A stretch of DNA of 39,864 nucleotides from Steroidobacteraceae bacterium (GCA_035514045.1 DATKBK010000129.1:1-39864), one strand, 5' to 3'; positions 20,909 through 31,943 are shown, counted from the first letter of the stretch. The notes: generated from the sequence alone by a model not told the origin. Made by a program: numbers and translations.

Positions 20909-21999
20909 GCGCGCACCTCCGCCGCGAGGCAGGCATCCAGCAGCAGCTGTGCCGCATCGGGCAGCGCCGCGCCGCGCGCCGCGGCTGCCAGCTGCAGCAG
21001 GCCGGCGCGGCCATTCGCGCACAGCGCGGACAGCGTGGCCGCCAGATGCTCGGCCGACAGCTCGGCATCGCCGATCAGGCGGGCCGCGCCGGCCTCGACC
21101 AGATAGCGCGCGTTGTGGGTCTGGTGATCATCCACCGCGTGCGGATAGGGCACGAGGATGGCGCCGGCACCAGCTGCAGCCAGCTCGGCGATGGTCAGCG
21201 CACCGGCCCTGCATACCACCAGGTCCGCCCAGCCCAGCGCCGCGGCCATGTCGGTGATGAACGGGGTCACGTCGCCCTCGATGCGCACGGCGGCGTAGGC
21301 CTGGCGCGCCAGGTCGATCTGCTTCTCGCCGGCCTGGTGGCGCACTGCAAAGCGTGGCGCACCGGCCGCGCCAGTCAGCTGCGCCAGCGCCTGCGGCACC
21401 ACTTCATTGAGACGGCGTGCACCGAGGCTGCCGCCCATCACCAGCAGACGCAGCGGTCCTTCGCGACCGGCAAAGCGCAGTGCAGGTTCGGGCAGGCGGA
21501 CAATTTCCGCGCGCACGGGATTGCCGATCAGGCGCACGCGGCGGCGCCCGGCAAGCGCGGCGGGAAACGCGGTGAGTACCTCGCGTGCCAGGGGCGCCAG
21601 GCACCGGTTGGTGAGGCCGGCGATGGCATTCTGTTCGTGCACGATCAGCGGCCGGCGACACAGCCAGGCGGCAAGGCCGCCCGGTCCGGTAACGAATCCG
21701 CCCAGGCCCACCACCACGCCGGGACGGTGCCGGCGCATGACGCGCAGCGCCTGCCACAATGCACGCAGCAGGTTGAATGGCGCGGCCAGCAGCGTCAGCA
21801 TGCCCTTGCCACGCAGGCCGCCGACGCTGAGCCATTCGATCGCAAAGCCCTCGGCCGGCACCACGCGTGCCTCCAGCCCGCGCTGCGTGCCCAGCCAGAT
21901 CACCTGGCGCGAACGCTCGCGCAGCAGCCGCGCCAGCGCCAGCGCCGGAAACACGTGCCCGCCAGTGCCGCCGGCCATGATGATCACAGGCTGGCTCAT
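20905..21999 (-). CDS. murG: UDP-GlcNAc:lipid I N-acetylglucosaminyltransferase MurG
   Basis: [22 protein letters not shown]-terminus. Start chosen at ATG 21999 (ATGA overlap with the ftsW stop); the ORF-track extension upstream looks non-coding in style. Confidence 0.95.
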   Translation of the reverse strand: MSQPVIIMAGGTGGHVFPALALARLLRERSRQVIWLGTQRGLEARVVPAEGFAIEWLSVGGLRGKGMLTLLAAPFNLLRALWQALRVMRRHRPGVVVGLGGFVTGPGGLAAWLCRRPLIVHEQNAIAGLTNRCLAPLAREVLTAFPAALAGRRRVRLIGNPVRAEIVRLPEPALRFAGREGPLRLLVMGGSLGARRLNEVVPQALAQLTGAAGAPRFAVRHQAGEKQIDLARQAYAAVRIEGDVTPFITDMAAALGWADLVVCRAGALTIAELAAAGAGAILVPYPHAVDDHQTHNARYLVEAGAARLIGDAELSAEHLAATLSALCANGRAGLLQLAAAARGAALPDAAQLLLDACLAAEVRA

Positions 22000-23174
22000 G
22001 CGCCCGCCTGCAGCATGGTGTCGCGGCGCGTGCCCACGCTGGCCGCGCCGCGCGCGCGGCTCGCCGCTTCGTGATGCACGCGCAGCACGATGCCCACCCA
22101 CAGCAGCGCCACCAGCAGACTGCTGCGGCCATAGCTCATGAACGGCAGCGTCAGACCCTTGGTGGGCAGCACACTCATGTTCACGCCAATGTTGATCAGC
22201 GACTGCAGCCCCACCCACAGGCCGAAGGCGGCGGCTAGACACGCCTGGAATCGCAGCCCCTCGCCGGCGGCAAGATTGGCGATGTAGAGCGCGCGCCAGG
22301 TCAATGCAAGGAACAGCGCGAGCGTGACCAGCACGCCGATCAGGCCCAACTCTTCGGCCAGCACTGCAAACAGGAAATCGGTGTGGGCCTCAGGCAGATA
22401 GAACAGCTTCTGCACGCTCTCGCCCAGGCCGACGCCAAACCACTCGCCGCGACCGATGGCGATCAGCGACTGCACGGGTTGGTAGCCGCAATTGTCGGCC
22501 TGGGCCCAGGGATTGAGAAAACACTTGAGCCGCTCAAGCCGATAGTCGGCCGACACCAGCAATGCCGTGAACCCCGCCACCGCAACGGTCACGCAGAACA
22601 GCACCCAGCGCAGCCGCGCACCCGCCAGGAACAGCAGGCCGAAGACAGTGGCGAACAGCACCGCGGCGGCGCCGAAATCCGGTTCCCACAGCAGCAGCGC
22701 ACAGAACCCGAAGGTGACGCCCAGGGGCAACGCCAGCCCGCCGAGGCTGGTGGTCAGTTCCTTCTCGCGCCGCACCGCGTAGGCCGCCACCCAGCACAGC
22801 ACCAGCAACCGGGCGACTTCCGATGCCTGCAAACTGAAGCCGGCGAGGCGGATCCAGCGGCGGCTGCCGTTGACCTCGTGACCCACTCCCGGCACCAGCA
22901 CCACCATCAGCAGCACCGCGGCCGCCACCAGCATCAGATTGGCGTATTTGAAGTACAGGGAAGTCGGCACCAGTGCCGCCAGCGCCGCCAGCAGCGCGCC
23001 CCCCGCGGCAATCACCAGTTGGCCCTTCAGATAGAACAGGAAGTCGCCGGTGTCCTGTGCGGCTTTGGAGACCGAGGCCGAGGCCAGCATCACCAGTCCC
23101 AGCAGCAGGATGGCGAGCACAATGCCCAGCAGCACCGTGTCGAGCGCGTAGCCGTGGCCGCGCTGTGCACTCAT
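21996..23174 (-). CDS. ftsW: SEDS-family peptidoglycan polymerase / lipid II flippase FtsW
   Basis: Polytopic membrane protein with FtsW/RodA family motifs (LPEAHTDFLFAVLAEELG, LPTKGLTLPFMSYGRSS) in the dcw position. Confidence 0.93.
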   Translation of the reverse strand: MSAQRGHGYALDTVLLGIVLAILLLGLVMLASASVSKAAQDTGDFLFYLKGQLVIAAGGALLAALAALVPTSLYFKYANLMLVAAAVLLMVVLVPGVGHEVNGSRRWIRLAGFSLQASEVARLLVLCWVAAYAVRREKELTTSLGGLALPLGVTFGFCALLLWEPDFGAAAVLFATVFGLLFLAGARLRWVLFCVTVAVAGFTALLVSADYRLERLKCFLNPWAQADNCGYQPVQSLIAIGRGEWFGVGLGESVQKLFYLPEAHTDFLFAVLAEELGLIGVLVTLALFLALTWRALYIANLAAGEGLRFQACLAAAFGLWVGLQSLINIGVNMSVLPTKGLTLPFMSYGRSSLLVALLWVGIVLRVHHEAASRARGAASVGTRRDTMLQAGA

Positions 23175-24496
23175 GCCGCCAACCTCCCCACGGCCGCGGC
23201 GAATACTTCACCGCGCTCGGCGTAGTCGCGGAACATGTCGAGGCTGGCGCAGGCCGGCGACAGCAGCACCGTGTCGCCCGGCCGCGCGGCGCGCGCGGCG
23301 GCCAGCACGGCCTGCTCCAGCGTGGCGCAGCGCTCAGCAGGACACGCGCCGGCCAGCGCCGCCTCGATGCGCGCGGCATCGCGGCCGATAGTGAACACCC
23401 GCCGCACCTTGCCCGCGAAGGCCGCGGCCAGCGGCGAGAAGTCCTGGTTCTTGCCATCGCCGCCGGCAATCAGCAGCAACGGACCACGGAATCCGCCCAC
23501 CGCGGCCAGCGTCGCGCCAACATTGGTGCCCTTGGAATCATTCACGAAGCGCACGCCGGCCACCTCGCGTACGAAGGTGGCGCGATGCGGCAGCCCGGCG
23601 AAATCGCGCAGCGCCGCCAGCATGGCGCTGCGCGCCAGACCCAGCGCCTCGCCCATCGCCAGCGCGGCCAGCGCATTGGTGGCATTGTGGCCGCCGACGA
23701 TTTTCAGCTCGTCCATGGCCACCAGCTGCTCGCCGCGGCGGCACAGCCAGTCACGACCGCCTGCGGCCCGCAGAAAATAGTCGGCGCCGCTGGCGGCATC
23801 GAGCGCGAACCCCAGCGTGCGCTGGCCGGGTCGGGCCATCGAGGCGACCCGCGCATCGTCCAGGTTGAGCACGGCGGTGTCGCAGCGATCGAAGATGCGC
23901 GCCTTCGCAGCGGCATAGGTTTCGATGTCCGCGTAGCGATCCATGTGATCGGGGGTGACATTGAGCACGGTGGCGGTGGCGAGCCGCAGCGTGTGGGTGG
24001 TCTCCAGCTGGTAGCTGGACAGCTCCAGCACATACAGCGCCGCGCCGCCACCCTGCAGCAGATCCAGCGCCGGCGGCGACAGGTTGCCGCCAGCCCGCGC
24101 TGCGATGCCGGCGCGCGTGGCCATCTGGGCCACCAGCGTGGTGACCGTGCTCTTGCCGTTGGTGCCGGTGACGGCGGCCACCGGCGCCGCACCGCTGCGC
24201 GCGAACAGTTCGATGTCGCCGATCACTTCGACGCCCTGCGCCCGCGCGGCGACAAAGAACGGATCGTGCTGCGGCAGGCCGGGCGAGGCCACCACCATCG
24301 CGGCATCAGCCAGCAGCGCCTGATCGAGCCCACCGGTGACCAGCTGCAGGCCGGGACCCGCGGCGCGCAGGGCGGCGAGCTCCGGCGGATTGTCGCGGGT
24401 ATCGATGCCGGTGACGTGCCAGCCGCGCGCCATCAGGTGGCGGATTGCCGACTGACCCGTCTTGCCCAGACCCGCCACGACTGCGCGCTGCGCCAT
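23171..24496 (-). CDS. murD: UDP-N-acetylmuramoylalanine--D-glutamate ligase MurD
   Basis: VVAGLGKTGQS N-terminal Rossmann motif and AVTGTNGKSTV. Start chosen at ATG 24496, sharing 1 nt with the mraY stop; the 668-aa ORF-track entry is an upstream extension. Confidence 0.95.
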   Translation of the reverse strand: MAQRAVVAGLGKTGQSAIRHLMARGWHVTGIDTRDNPPELAALRAAGPGLQLVTGGLDQALLADAAMVVASPGLPQHDPFFVAARAQGVEVIGDIELFARSGAAPVAAVTGTNGKSTVTTLVAQMATRAGIAARAGGNLSPPALDLLQGGGAALYVLELSSYQLETTHTLRLATATVLNVTPDHMDRYADIETYAAAKARIFDRCDTAVLNLDDARVASMARPGQRTLGFALDAASGADYFLRAAGGRDWLCRRGEQLVAMDELKIVGGHNATNALAALAMGEALGLARSAMLAALRDFAGLPHRATFVREVAGVRFVNDSKGTNVGATLAAVGGFRGPLLLIAGGDGKNQDFSPLAAAFAGKVRRVFTIGRDAARIEAALAGACPAERCATLEQAVLAAARAARPGDTVLLSPACASLDMFRDYAERGEVFAAAVGRLAA

Positions 24497-25581
24497 CAAC
24501 GCACCTTCAGGGTCGCAAGACCCATCAGCACCAGCAGCAGGGTGATGATCCAGAAACGCACGATCACCTTCGGTTCGGCCCAGCCCTTGAGTTCGAAGTG
24601 ATGGTGGATCGGCGCCATGCGGAAGATGCGCTTGCCGGTCAGCTTGAAAGAGGCCACCTGCAGGATCACCGAGGCGGTCTCGAGCACGAAGATGCCGCCC
24701 ATCAGCAGCACCACGATTTCCTGGCGCACGATCACGGCCACCGTACCCAGCGCGCCGCCGAGCGCCAGCGCGCCCACGTCGCCCATGAACACCTGCGCCG
24801 GATAGGTGTTGAACCACAGGAAACCCAGCCCTGCGCCGGCCATCGCACCACAGAAGATCGCCACCTCGCCGGTGCCTGGCAGTGCGGGTATGGAAAGGTA
24901 TGCGGCGTAAATGGCGTTGCCGCTGGCCCAGGCGAACACGCCCAGCGCGCTGGCCACCATCACGCAGGGCATGATGGCCAGGCCATCGAGCCCGTCGGTG
25001 AGATTCACCGCATTGCTCATGCCGACGATCATCAGGTAGGTCAGCACCACGAACGCCGCCATGCCCATGGGCAGCGCGATATCCTTGAAGAACGGCACGA
25101 AGAAGCTGATTTCGGCCTGCGTCTTCGCCGTGTACCACAGCGCCAGCGCCGCGCCCAGGCCCGCCACTGACAGCCACAGGTACTTCCAGCGTGGTGACAG
25201 GCCCTTCGAGTTGCGCACCACCAGCTTCAGGTAATCATCGTAGAAGCCGACCAGGCCGCAGGTGAGCAGCACGCCGACCACGATCCACACATAGCGGTTG
25301 GTCAGGTCGGCCCACAGCAGGGTCGCGATCGTGATCGCCACGATGATCAGCGCGCCACCCATGGTGGGTGTGCCGGCCTTCGTCAAGTGTGACTTCGGAC
25401 CGTCGTCGCGCACCTGTTGCCCCACCTGGTAGCGCGACAGCCAGCGGATCATGCCCGGCCCGATGACCCAGGAGATCACCAGCGCCGACATGACCGCCAG
25501 GATGGTGCGCAGGGTCAGGTACTGGAAGACGTTGAAGAACGACTCCGTGCCCGCAAACTGCTGCGTGAGCCAGTACAGCAT
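24496..25581 (-). CDS. mraY: Phospho-N-acetylmuramoyl-pentapeptide transferase MraY
   Basis: MLYWL N-terminus, [22 protein letters not shown], and 10 TM-like segments. Confidence 0.96.
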   Translation of the reverse strand: MLYWLTQQFAGTESFFNVFQYLTLRTILAVMSALVISWVIGPGMIRWLSRYQVGQQVRDDGPKSHLTKAGTPTMGGALIIVAITIATLLWADLTNRYVWIVVGVLLTCGLVGFYDDYLKLVVRNSKGLSPRWKYLWLSVAGLGAALALWYTAKTQAEISFFVPFFKDIALPMGMAAFVVLTYLMIVGMSNAVNLTDGLDGLAIMPCVMVASALGVFAWASGNAIYAAYLSIPALPGTGEVAIFCGAMAGAGLGFLWFNTYPAQVFMGDVGALALGGALGTVAVIVRQEIVVLLMGGIFVLETASVILQVASFKLTGKRIFRMAPIHHHFELKGWAEPKVIVRFWIITLLLVLMGLATLKVR

Positions 25582-25583
25582 CT

Positions 25584-26954
25584 TCAGTGTGCCTCTGCGA
25601 ACTGGCGGCCGGTCAATTGCGCCACTACGCGTTCCAGCCGGTTGGCGCGGGAGCCTTTCACCAGCAGCGTCACGCCATCGCTGAGCTCGGCCTCCACGGC
25701 ACGGGCCAGCGCCTCGGTGTCCGGAAACCAGCTCGCACCGGTGCCGAAGGCCTCCACGGCCAGCGTGCTCAGGATGCCGGTGGCAAACAGGCGGCGCACG
25801 CCCCGCGCCCGCGCGTACTCGCCGATCTCCACATGCGAGGCGCGCGCGTGGTCGCCCAGCTCGCCCATGTCGCCCATCACGAACCAGTGCTCACCGGGCT
25901 GCGCCGTGAGCACATCGATGCCGGCCCGCATCGAACTGGGATTGGCGTTGTAGGAATCATCCAGCAGCCGCGCGCCCTGCCTCGTGCGCGCCGGCTGCAG
26001 CCGGCCTCCAACCGGTTGCATGGCCGCAAGTCCGGTGGCCACATCGTCGAGCGAAGCGCCAGCAGCAACGGCCGCCGCGGCCGCGGCCAGTGCGTTGCGC
26101 ACATTGTGTCGGCCGCCGAGGCTGATGGTCACCGCGCGCTCACCCTGTGGCGCCTGCAACGTGAAGGAAGTGCGAAAGCCCGCGTCGCTGAGCTGCTGTT
26201 CGACCTGCACGGCGCGGTAATCGGCCGGCGCGTCGATGCCGAAGGTGCTGACAGCGGCCCGGGTCATGCCGCGCCACAGTCCGGCATAGGCATCATCGGC
26301 ATTGATGACGGCCACCGCCGCAGATGCCAGCCCCGCGACCATCTCGCCTTCTGCGCGGGCCACGCCATCAAGGTCGCCGAAACCTTCCAGGTGCTCGGCG
26401 CCGGCGTTGGTGATCAGCCCGACCGTCGGCCGCACGATCTCCACCAGCGCCGCCACCTCGCCGGGATGATTGGCGCCAATCTCGATCACCGCGCTGTGCT
26501 CGACGCCGGTGAGGCGCAGCAGCGTCAGTGGCACGCCGATGTGATTGTTGAGATTGCCCTGCGTGGCCAGGCACTGGCCGCTTTGCGCAAGGATGGCGGC
26601 AGTCATGCCCTTTACGGTGGTCTTGCCATTGCTGCCGGCAACGCCAACCACGGGGGCCGCAAACTGCGCGCGCCAGCCGCCGGCCGCGCGCGTCAGTGCG
26701 CGCTGCCCGTCCTGAACCTCGATCACCGGCAACGGCGGATTGCTGACCGGACGATCGATCACCGCGGCCACCGCACCGGCCGCCGCCGCGGCAGACAGGA
26801 ACTGGTTGCCATCGAACCGCTCGCCGCGCAGCGCGAAATAAAGCTGCCCGGCACTGAGCGTGCGCGTGTCGCTGTTCACGGCAGTCCAGCTGCGATCCTC
26901 GCCTTCGTAGCGGCCACCGCACAATTCTGCGAAGTGCTGCACTGTGCGCTTCAT
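25584..26954 (-). CDS. murF: UDP-MurNAc-tripeptide--D-alanyl-D-alanine ligase MurF
   Basis: [14 protein letters not shown] Mur ligase P-loop and dcw position. Confidence 0.93.
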   Translation of the reverse strand: MKRTVQHFAELCGGRYEGEDRSWTAVNSDTRTLSAGQLYFALRGERFDGNQFLSAAAAAGAVAAVIDRPVSNPPLPVIEVQDGQRALTRAAGGWRAQFAAPVVGVAGSNGKTTVKGMTAAILAQSGQCLATQGNLNNHIGVPLTLLRLTGVEHSAVIEIGANHPGEVAALVEIVRPTVGLITNAGAEHLEGFGDLDGVARAEGEMVAGLASAAVAVINADDAYAGLWRGMTRAAVSTFGIDAPADYRAVQVEQQLSDAGFRTSFTLQAPQGERAVTISLGGRHNVRNALAAAAAAVAAGASLDDVATGLAAMQPVGGRLQPARTRQGARLLDDSYNANPSSMRAGIDVLTAQPGEHWFVMGDMGELGDHARASHVEIGEYARARGVRRLFATGILSTLAVEAFGTGASWFPDTEALARAVEAELSDGVTLLVKGSRANRLERVVAQLTGRQFAEAH

Positions 26955-28441
26955 GCGGCACCAGCCTGTGCTTCGCGCACCACCTGACGGTCACTGAACG
27001 GGCGTGCCTGGCCGCCCGCGAGCTGGTACTCCTCGTGACCCTTGCCGGCAATCAGTACCACATCGCCAGCTCGCGCATCGTGCAGCGCGCGCAGGATCGC
27101 GGCGCGACGGTCGCGGATCACGGCGTGGGGCCGGTCGCCCAGTCCGGCCCTGATGTCGGCGATGATGGCATCGCCATCCTCGCCACGCGGGTTGTCGTCG
27201 GTGAGGAAGATGGCGTCGGCACGACGCGCCGCCACCGCGGCCATGGCCGGACGCTTGCCTCGGTCGCGCTCACCGCCGCAGCCGAACACCACCACCAGGT
27301 TTCCGGCGCAGTGACGGCGCAGTACGGTCAGTGCCTTGTCGAGTGCATCGGGACTGTGCGCATAGTCCACCACCGCCGTGGCGGCACCGTCGCGCGCGAA
27401 GGTCTCGAGCCGGCCGGGAGGCGCGGCGAGATCCTGCACGGCTGCGGCCGCCGCTGCGGGCGCAACCCCGCTGCCCAGCAGCACGGCCAGCACGGCCAGC
27501 ACGTTGTCGACATTGAACTCGCCGAGCAGGCGCGTGGCGATGCGCACCCGCCCGAAGCTTGCGTCCAGGTTGAACGCAGTACCCTGCGCGCCATACTCGA
27601 TCTCGCGCGCGAACAGGTATGGGCCCTCACCCGCCGCGCGCCGCGCGCTGCGGCTGCAGGCGATGCGGCCCGCGACGTCGGCGCGAGCGGCCAGTGCCGC
27701 ACCGAACTCATCGTCGGTGTTGAACACGCGCAGCCGCACATCGGGGCGTTCGAACAGGCTGGCCTTGGCCGCACCGTAAGCGGCCATGTCGCCATGGAAA
27801 TCCAGATGATCGCGCGTCAGGTTGGTGAACACGGCCGCATTGAAATGCACGGCCTGCACGCGACCCTGCGCCAGACCGTGCGAGGAAACCTCCATCGCCA
27901 CCGCGCGCGCGCCGCGGGCACGGAAGTGCGCCAGCTGGCGCTGCGCTGTCACCGCATCGGGAGTGGTCATCTCGCCTGCTGCCAGCGCGCCGTCGAAGGC
28001 GCTGCCCAGCGTGCCCAGATAGGCGGCGGGCCTGCCGCAGGCGCTGAACGCCCGGGCCAGCAGCCAGGCGCAGGTGGTCTTGCCGTTGGTGCCGGTGACG
28101 CCGATCACGTCCAGTGCGCGCGACGGCGCGGCAAAGAAGCGATCCGCCAGTTCACTGGCATGCGCCGTGAGCTGCGGCACCTCGGCCAGCACGATGGCCG
28201 GATCGAGCACCGGCGGCCGGATCACGCCATCGGGTTCCCACAGGATCGCCACCGCCCCGCGTTGGGCCACCTCCGCGGCGAATTCAAGCCCATGGCGGCG
28301 CGCACCACGGCAAGCAAGAAAGGCACTGCCGGCCCGCACCTGACGCGAATCCAGCGTCAGGTCCGCCAGCTGCACATCGCGCGCCACCGGCGCGATACCC
28401 CGCAGCAGGCCGGCCAGCGTGACGGTGCCTGGCGTGCTCAA
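26951..28441 (-). CDS. murE: UDP-MurNAc-L-Ala-D-Glu--2,6-diaminopimelate ligase MurE
   Basis: DSRQVRAGSAFLACRG, IGVTGTNGKTT, and DNPR near the C-terminus. The only plausible start is TTG 28441, forming TTGA with the ftsI stop. Confidence 0.93.
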   Translation of the reverse strand: MSTPGTVTLAGLLRGIAPVARDVQLADLTLDSRQVRAGSAFLACRGARRHGLEFAAEVAQRGAVAILWEPDGVIRPPVLDPAIVLAEVPQLTAHASELADRFFAAPSRALDVIGVTGTNGKTTCAWLLARAFSACGRPAAYLGTLGSAFDGALAAGEMTTPDAVTAQRQLAHFRARGARAVAMEVSSHGLAQGRVQAVHFNAAVFTNLTRDHLDFHGDMAAYGAAKASLFERPDVRLRVFNTDDEFGAALAARADVAGRIACSRSARRAAGEGPYLFAREIEYGAQGTAFNLDASFGRVRIATRLLGEFNVDNVLAVLAVLLGSGVAPAAAAAAVQDLAAPPGRLETFARDGAATAVVDYAHSPDALDKALTVLRRHCAGNLVVVFGCGGERDRGKRPAMAAVAARRADAIFLTDDNPRGEDGDAIIADIRAGLGDRPHAVIRDRRAAILRALHDARAGDVVLIAGKGHEEYQLAGGQARPFSDRQVVREAQAGAA

Positions 28442-30180
28442 CGGTTCACCATGGTCGCCACGCCGGTCAGCGGATCGACCTGGCGGTCCAGTTCAACATC
28501 GGGCGCCACGCCCATCAGCCGCAGCGCGCCACCGATCACCGCCGAGAACACGGGGGCAGCAACCTCGCCGCCGTAGTACTGCCGGGATCGCGGGTCATCG
28601 ATCACCACCACTGCTGCCAGCCGCGGATTGCTTGCCGGCGCCAGCCCGCCGAACACTGCCGTGTATCGGTCTTCGTTGTAACCCCGCTCGCCGGGCTTGG
28701 TCTTCCAGGAAGTGCCCGTCTTGCCGGCGACGCGGTAGCCCGGAATGGCGGCGCGCGAGCCGGTACCATCGTTCACTGCAGCTTCCAGCAGCGAGATCAG
28801 CGTACGCGCATTGCGCTCGCCCATCGCGCGCGTGCCAGGCACCTGCGCGTCGACCCGCAGCAGCGACACCGGTCGCGCCACCCCCAGCGACCCCAGGGTG
28901 GCGTAGGCCTGCGCCAGCTGCAGCGGCGTGACCGCCAGGCTGTAGCCGCGCGACAGCGACGACACCGTGACCCAGCGCCAGTTGGCGTAATTGGTCAGCG
29001 AGCCGGCCGATTCACCAGGAAACTGGCTGGCCGTGACATGACCGAAACCAAATCGCGTCAATGTGGCCCAGAGTTGCTGGTACTCCAGCTCCTTGGCGAT
29101 CTTGGCCATCCCGACGTTCGAGGACTTTGACAGCACGCCCGCCAGATCGAGCAGACCCAGCGGATGCTCGTCGTTCACTTCGACGCCACCGAACTCAAAC
29201 GACCCCGTGCCGGTATCGATCAGGCTTGCGCCGTCGAAGCGGCCCGACTCCAGCGCTGCTGCGATCACGAAAGGCTTGATGCTGGACCCTGGCTCCAGCA
29301 TGTCGGTAACCGCGCGATTGCGCAGCCGGCCGCCGCGCATGGCTGCTGCGCGCTGGTCGTGGTCGTTGGGGTTGAACGTGGGCTGGTTGACCATCGCCAG
29401 CACCTCGCCGGTGAGGGTGTCCAGCACCACCATCGAGCCGGCCGTGGCACGGTGATCGTCAATCGCGCGCTTCAGCTCCCGATATGCCAGGTACTGGATG
29501 CGCGTATCAATGCTGAGCATCAGGTCGCGGCCCGGCCGCACGGCGCGGATATTCTCGATGTCATCGACGCGGCGGCCGTTGCGGTCCCGGATCACGCGCT
29601 TTGCGCCGTCCTGGCCCGCCAGCAGGGAATCGAACGCCAGCTCCAGCGCCTCCTGGCCCTGATCGTCCTGGTTGGTCACGCCCAGCACGTGGCCCAGCAC
29701 CTCGCCTTCGGGATAGAAGCGCCAGTATTCGCTGCGCTGGTACACGCCCGGCACGTTCATCTTCTGCACCGCCAGCGCCTGGGCCGGCGTCAGATGCCGC
29801 GCCAGCCAGACGAATTCGCGATCCTGGCTGCTGGATATGCGCAGCGCGAACTCCTTGCGATTGCGCTTGAGCTGATTTGCCAGGTCCGGCCAGCGGTCGG
29901 GCACCGTGCCCAGTTCGCGCGGATTGGCGTAGATCGACTCCATCGGCGTGCTGATGGCCAGCGGCCTGCCATTGCGATCGACAATGGCGCCGCGATGGGC
30001 CTCGATGGCCACCTCGCGCACCGCGCGCGCCTCGCCCTCGCCGATCAGGAATTCGTGCTGCACCAGCTGCAGGTGCACCGCGCGCACCAGCAGGCCGGTG
30101 GCGGCCAGCCCCAGCAGACCAAAGGCAAACCAGCCGCGCGCGCGAAAGCTGGCGGCGCCGGTGCGCGGTGCGCGGCTCAC
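28438..30180 (-). CDS. ftsI: Peptidoglycan D,D-transpeptidase FtsI (PBP3)
   Basis: N-terminal TM anchor plus the transpeptidase motifs SIKP (SxxK), SSN and KTGT. GTG start forming GTGA with the ftsL stop. Confidence 0.93.
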   Translation of the reverse strand: MSRAPRTGAASFRARGWFAFGLLGLAATGLLVRAVHLQLVQHEFLIGEGEARAVREVAIEAHRGAIVDRNGRPLAISTPMESIYANPRELGTVPDRWPDLANQLKRNRKEFALRISSSQDREFVWLARHLTPAQALAVQKMNVPGVYQRSEYWRFYPEGEVLGHVLGVTNQDDQGQEALELAFDSLLAGQDGAKRVIRDRNGRRVDDIENIRAVRPGRDLMLSIDTRIQYLAYRELKRAIDDHRATAGSMVVLDTLTGEVLAMVNQPTFNPNDHDQRAAAMRGGRLRNRAVTDMLEPGSSIKPFVIAAALESGRFDGASLIDTGTGSFEFGGVEVNDEHPLGLLDLAGVLSKSSNVGMAKIAKELEYQQLWATLTRFGFGHVTASQFPGESAGSLTNYANWRWVTVSSLSRGYSLAVTPLQLAQAYATLGSLGVARPVSLLRVDAQVPGTRAMGERNARTLISLLEAAVNDGTGSRAAIPGYRVAGKTGTSWKTKPGERGYNEDRYTAVFGGLAPASNPRLAAVVVIDDPRSRQYYGGEVAAPVFSAVIGGALRLMGVAPDVELDRQVDPLTGVATMVNR

Positions 30181-30458
30181 GGCAGCACCACCTGGATGGC
30201 GGCCGGATCTGGTGCGGTCATGGTCAGCCGGCGGCGCGCCGTATTCTCGATCTGCGCGTGCTGCGACCAGTAGCTCTGCTCCAGCTGCAGTTCGCCGCGG
30301 GTGACATCCAGCCGGTGGCGATCGCGATTGAGCGTTTCGAGCTCAACGAACAGCTCGCGCGCGCGATGCCGGGTCCAGATCGCACCCGTGGCCGACAGCA
30401 ACACCGCGCACCACAGCAGCAGCGCGACCACCCAGGACCGGTTCAGCGCGGCCATCAT
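30177..30458 (-). CDS. ftsL: Cell division protein FtsL
   Basis: A ~93-aa bitopic protein (WVVALLLWCAVLLSATGAIW) followed by a coiled-coil-like region, located between rsmH and ftsI. Confidence 0.8.
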   Translation of the reverse strand: MMAALNRSWVVALLLWCAVLLSATGAIWTRHRARELFVELETLNRDRHRLDVTRGELQLEQSYWSQHAQIENTARRRLTMTAPDPAAIQVVLP

Positions 30459-31414
30459 GCCGCGCGTTTCACGGGCGGCGCATCCAGGCGTTCGGCAACC
30501 CGCAGGATCGCCGAGCGCGAGCGCGGATTGCGCTGCAACTCGGCATCACCGGCCCGCTGCTTCTTGCCGACGGCGCGCAGTGCGGGCGTGAAGTCCGGCG
30601 CCAAGGGCAGGCGCGCCCAGGCCGGATCCGGCTGCGACTGGTGCCGCATGAAATGCTTCACCATGCGGTCTTCCAGCGAGTGAAAGCTGATCACTGCAAG
30701 GCGGCCGCCAGGCACCAGCGCTTCAAGCGCGGCGTCGAGGCCGCGCCGCAACTCACCCAGCTCGTCGTTCACGTGCATGCGGATGGCCTGGAAGCTGCGC
30801 GTGGCCGGATGCTTGCCGCCATCGCGGCCGCGCACGGCGCGCGCGACGAGCTGCGCCAGCTGCCCGGTGCGCGTGATGGGTTCGAAGCCTCGGGCTGCCA
30901 CGATGGCGCGCGCGATTCTCCCGGCGTGACGCTCCTCTCCGAGCTCGCGGATCACGTCGCGGATCTCATCGCCCGGCGCGCGGGCGAGCCAGGTGGCGGC
31001 GCTTTCGCCCCGCGCCGTGTCCATGCGCATGTCGAGCGGACCGTCGGCCTGGAAACTGAAGCCGCGCGCGGGATCATCGAGCTGCGGCGAAGACACACCG
31101 AGGTCGAAGAGAATCCCTCGACAGGCACGTCCTTGGCCATGTGCCTCGACCAGTGATGCGAGCGCACTGAACGCAGCGCCGACCACCACCACGCGCGGCT
31201 CCGCGCCGAAGCGCGCCCCAGCGGCCGCAATGGCCGCAGGGTCCCGGTCGATCGCGAGCAGGCGCTCTTCTGGACCCAACCGCTCGAGTATTCGCGCGGC
31301 GTGGCCACCGCGGCCGAACGTGGCATCCACGTACAGCGATGGCGCACCGGCGTGCGCAGTGATTGCGAGCGCGTCGAGCGCTTCTTCGACAAGCACCGGC
31401 TCGTGCTCAACCAC
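30455..31414 (-). CDS. rsmH: 16S rRNA (cytosine1402-N4)-methyltransferase RsmH (MraW)
   Basis: HEPVLVEEALDAL, DATFGRGGH and ISFHSLEDR motifs. GTG start with GGGAG 7 nt upstream. Confidence 0.95.
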   Translation of the reverse strand: MVEHEPVLVEEALDALAITAHAGAPSLYVDATFGRGGHAARILERLGPEERLLAIDRDPAAIAAAGARFGAEPRVVVVGAAFSALASLVEAHGQGRACRGILFDLGVSSPQLDDPARGFSFQADGPLDMRMDTARGESAATWLARAPGDEIRDVIRELGEERHAGRIARAIVAARGFEPITRTGQLAQLVARAVRGRDGGKHPATRSFQAIRMHVNDELGELRRGLDAALEALVPGGRLAVISFHSLEDRMVKHFMRHQSQPDPAWARLPLAPDFTPALRAVGKKQRAGDAELQRNPRSRSAILRVAERLDAPPVKRAA

Positions 31415-31439
31415 TTTCTGACTCCCTGCACCTTGCGCG

Positions 31440-31892
31440 TCACAGGGACAGCGAAGCCACTTCTGCGGCCAGCTCCGTCACGCCCTGCTCGCTCTTCATC
31501 CATTCCTCGCACTGCATCTTCCAGCGCGCCTCGTCCCACAGTTCCAGGCCCCGACCCTGGCCCACGACCCAGGCCACGCGGCCGAGGCCGGCGAATTCAC
31601 GCAGTTCGGGGGTGAGCGACAGACGGCCGTGGCTGTCCAGCGTCATTTCCTGGGCATGGCCGATCATCAGCCGCTGCAGGCGCCGCGCCTGCGGATGCAG
31701 GCTGGGCATGGCATTGAGCTGGGCCTCTATTTTTTCCCACTCGGGAAAGGCGTAGATACGCAGGCACTGGTCGCGGTCGACGGTGACCACCACCCGGCCA
31801 GCCGCGGGCGCGGCCAGGTCGACACGGTGTTGGGCTGGCACCACAACCCTGCCCTTGTCATCAATCGTGACTTTTGTTGCACCGCGGAACAT
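31440..31892 (-). CDS. mraZ: Transcriptional regulator MraZ
   Basis: MFRGATKVTIDDKGRVVVP plus a second SpoVT/AbrB-like repeat (TLDSHGRLSLTPELREFAGL). It is the first gene of the dcw cluster. Confidence 0.95.
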   Translation of the reverse strand: MFRGATKVTIDDKGRVVVPAQHRVDLAAPAAGRVVVTVDRDQCLRIYAFPEWEKIEAQLNAMPSLHPQARRLQRLMIGHAQEMTLDSHGRLSLTPELREFAGLGRVAWVVGQGRGLELWDEARWKMQCEEWMKSEQGVTELAAEVASLSL

Positions 31893-31909
31893 GCACTAAA
31901 ATGGGGATT

Positions 31910-31935
31910 ACCCACTTTCACCCACAATTACCCAC
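31910..31935 (-). promoter_or_regulatory. MraZ operator: three direct GTGGGT repeats at exact 10-bp periodicity
   Basis: On the mRNA-sense strand: AGTGGGTAAT TGTGGGTGAA AGTGGGTAAT. On the plus strand ACCCAC starts at 31910, 31920 and 31930. The repeats lie 18-43 nt upstream of the mraZ ATG and match the known MraZ site architecture of GTGG-type direct repeats with 5-nt spacers. Confidence 0.75.
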
Positions 31936-31943
31936 TGGGCCCC

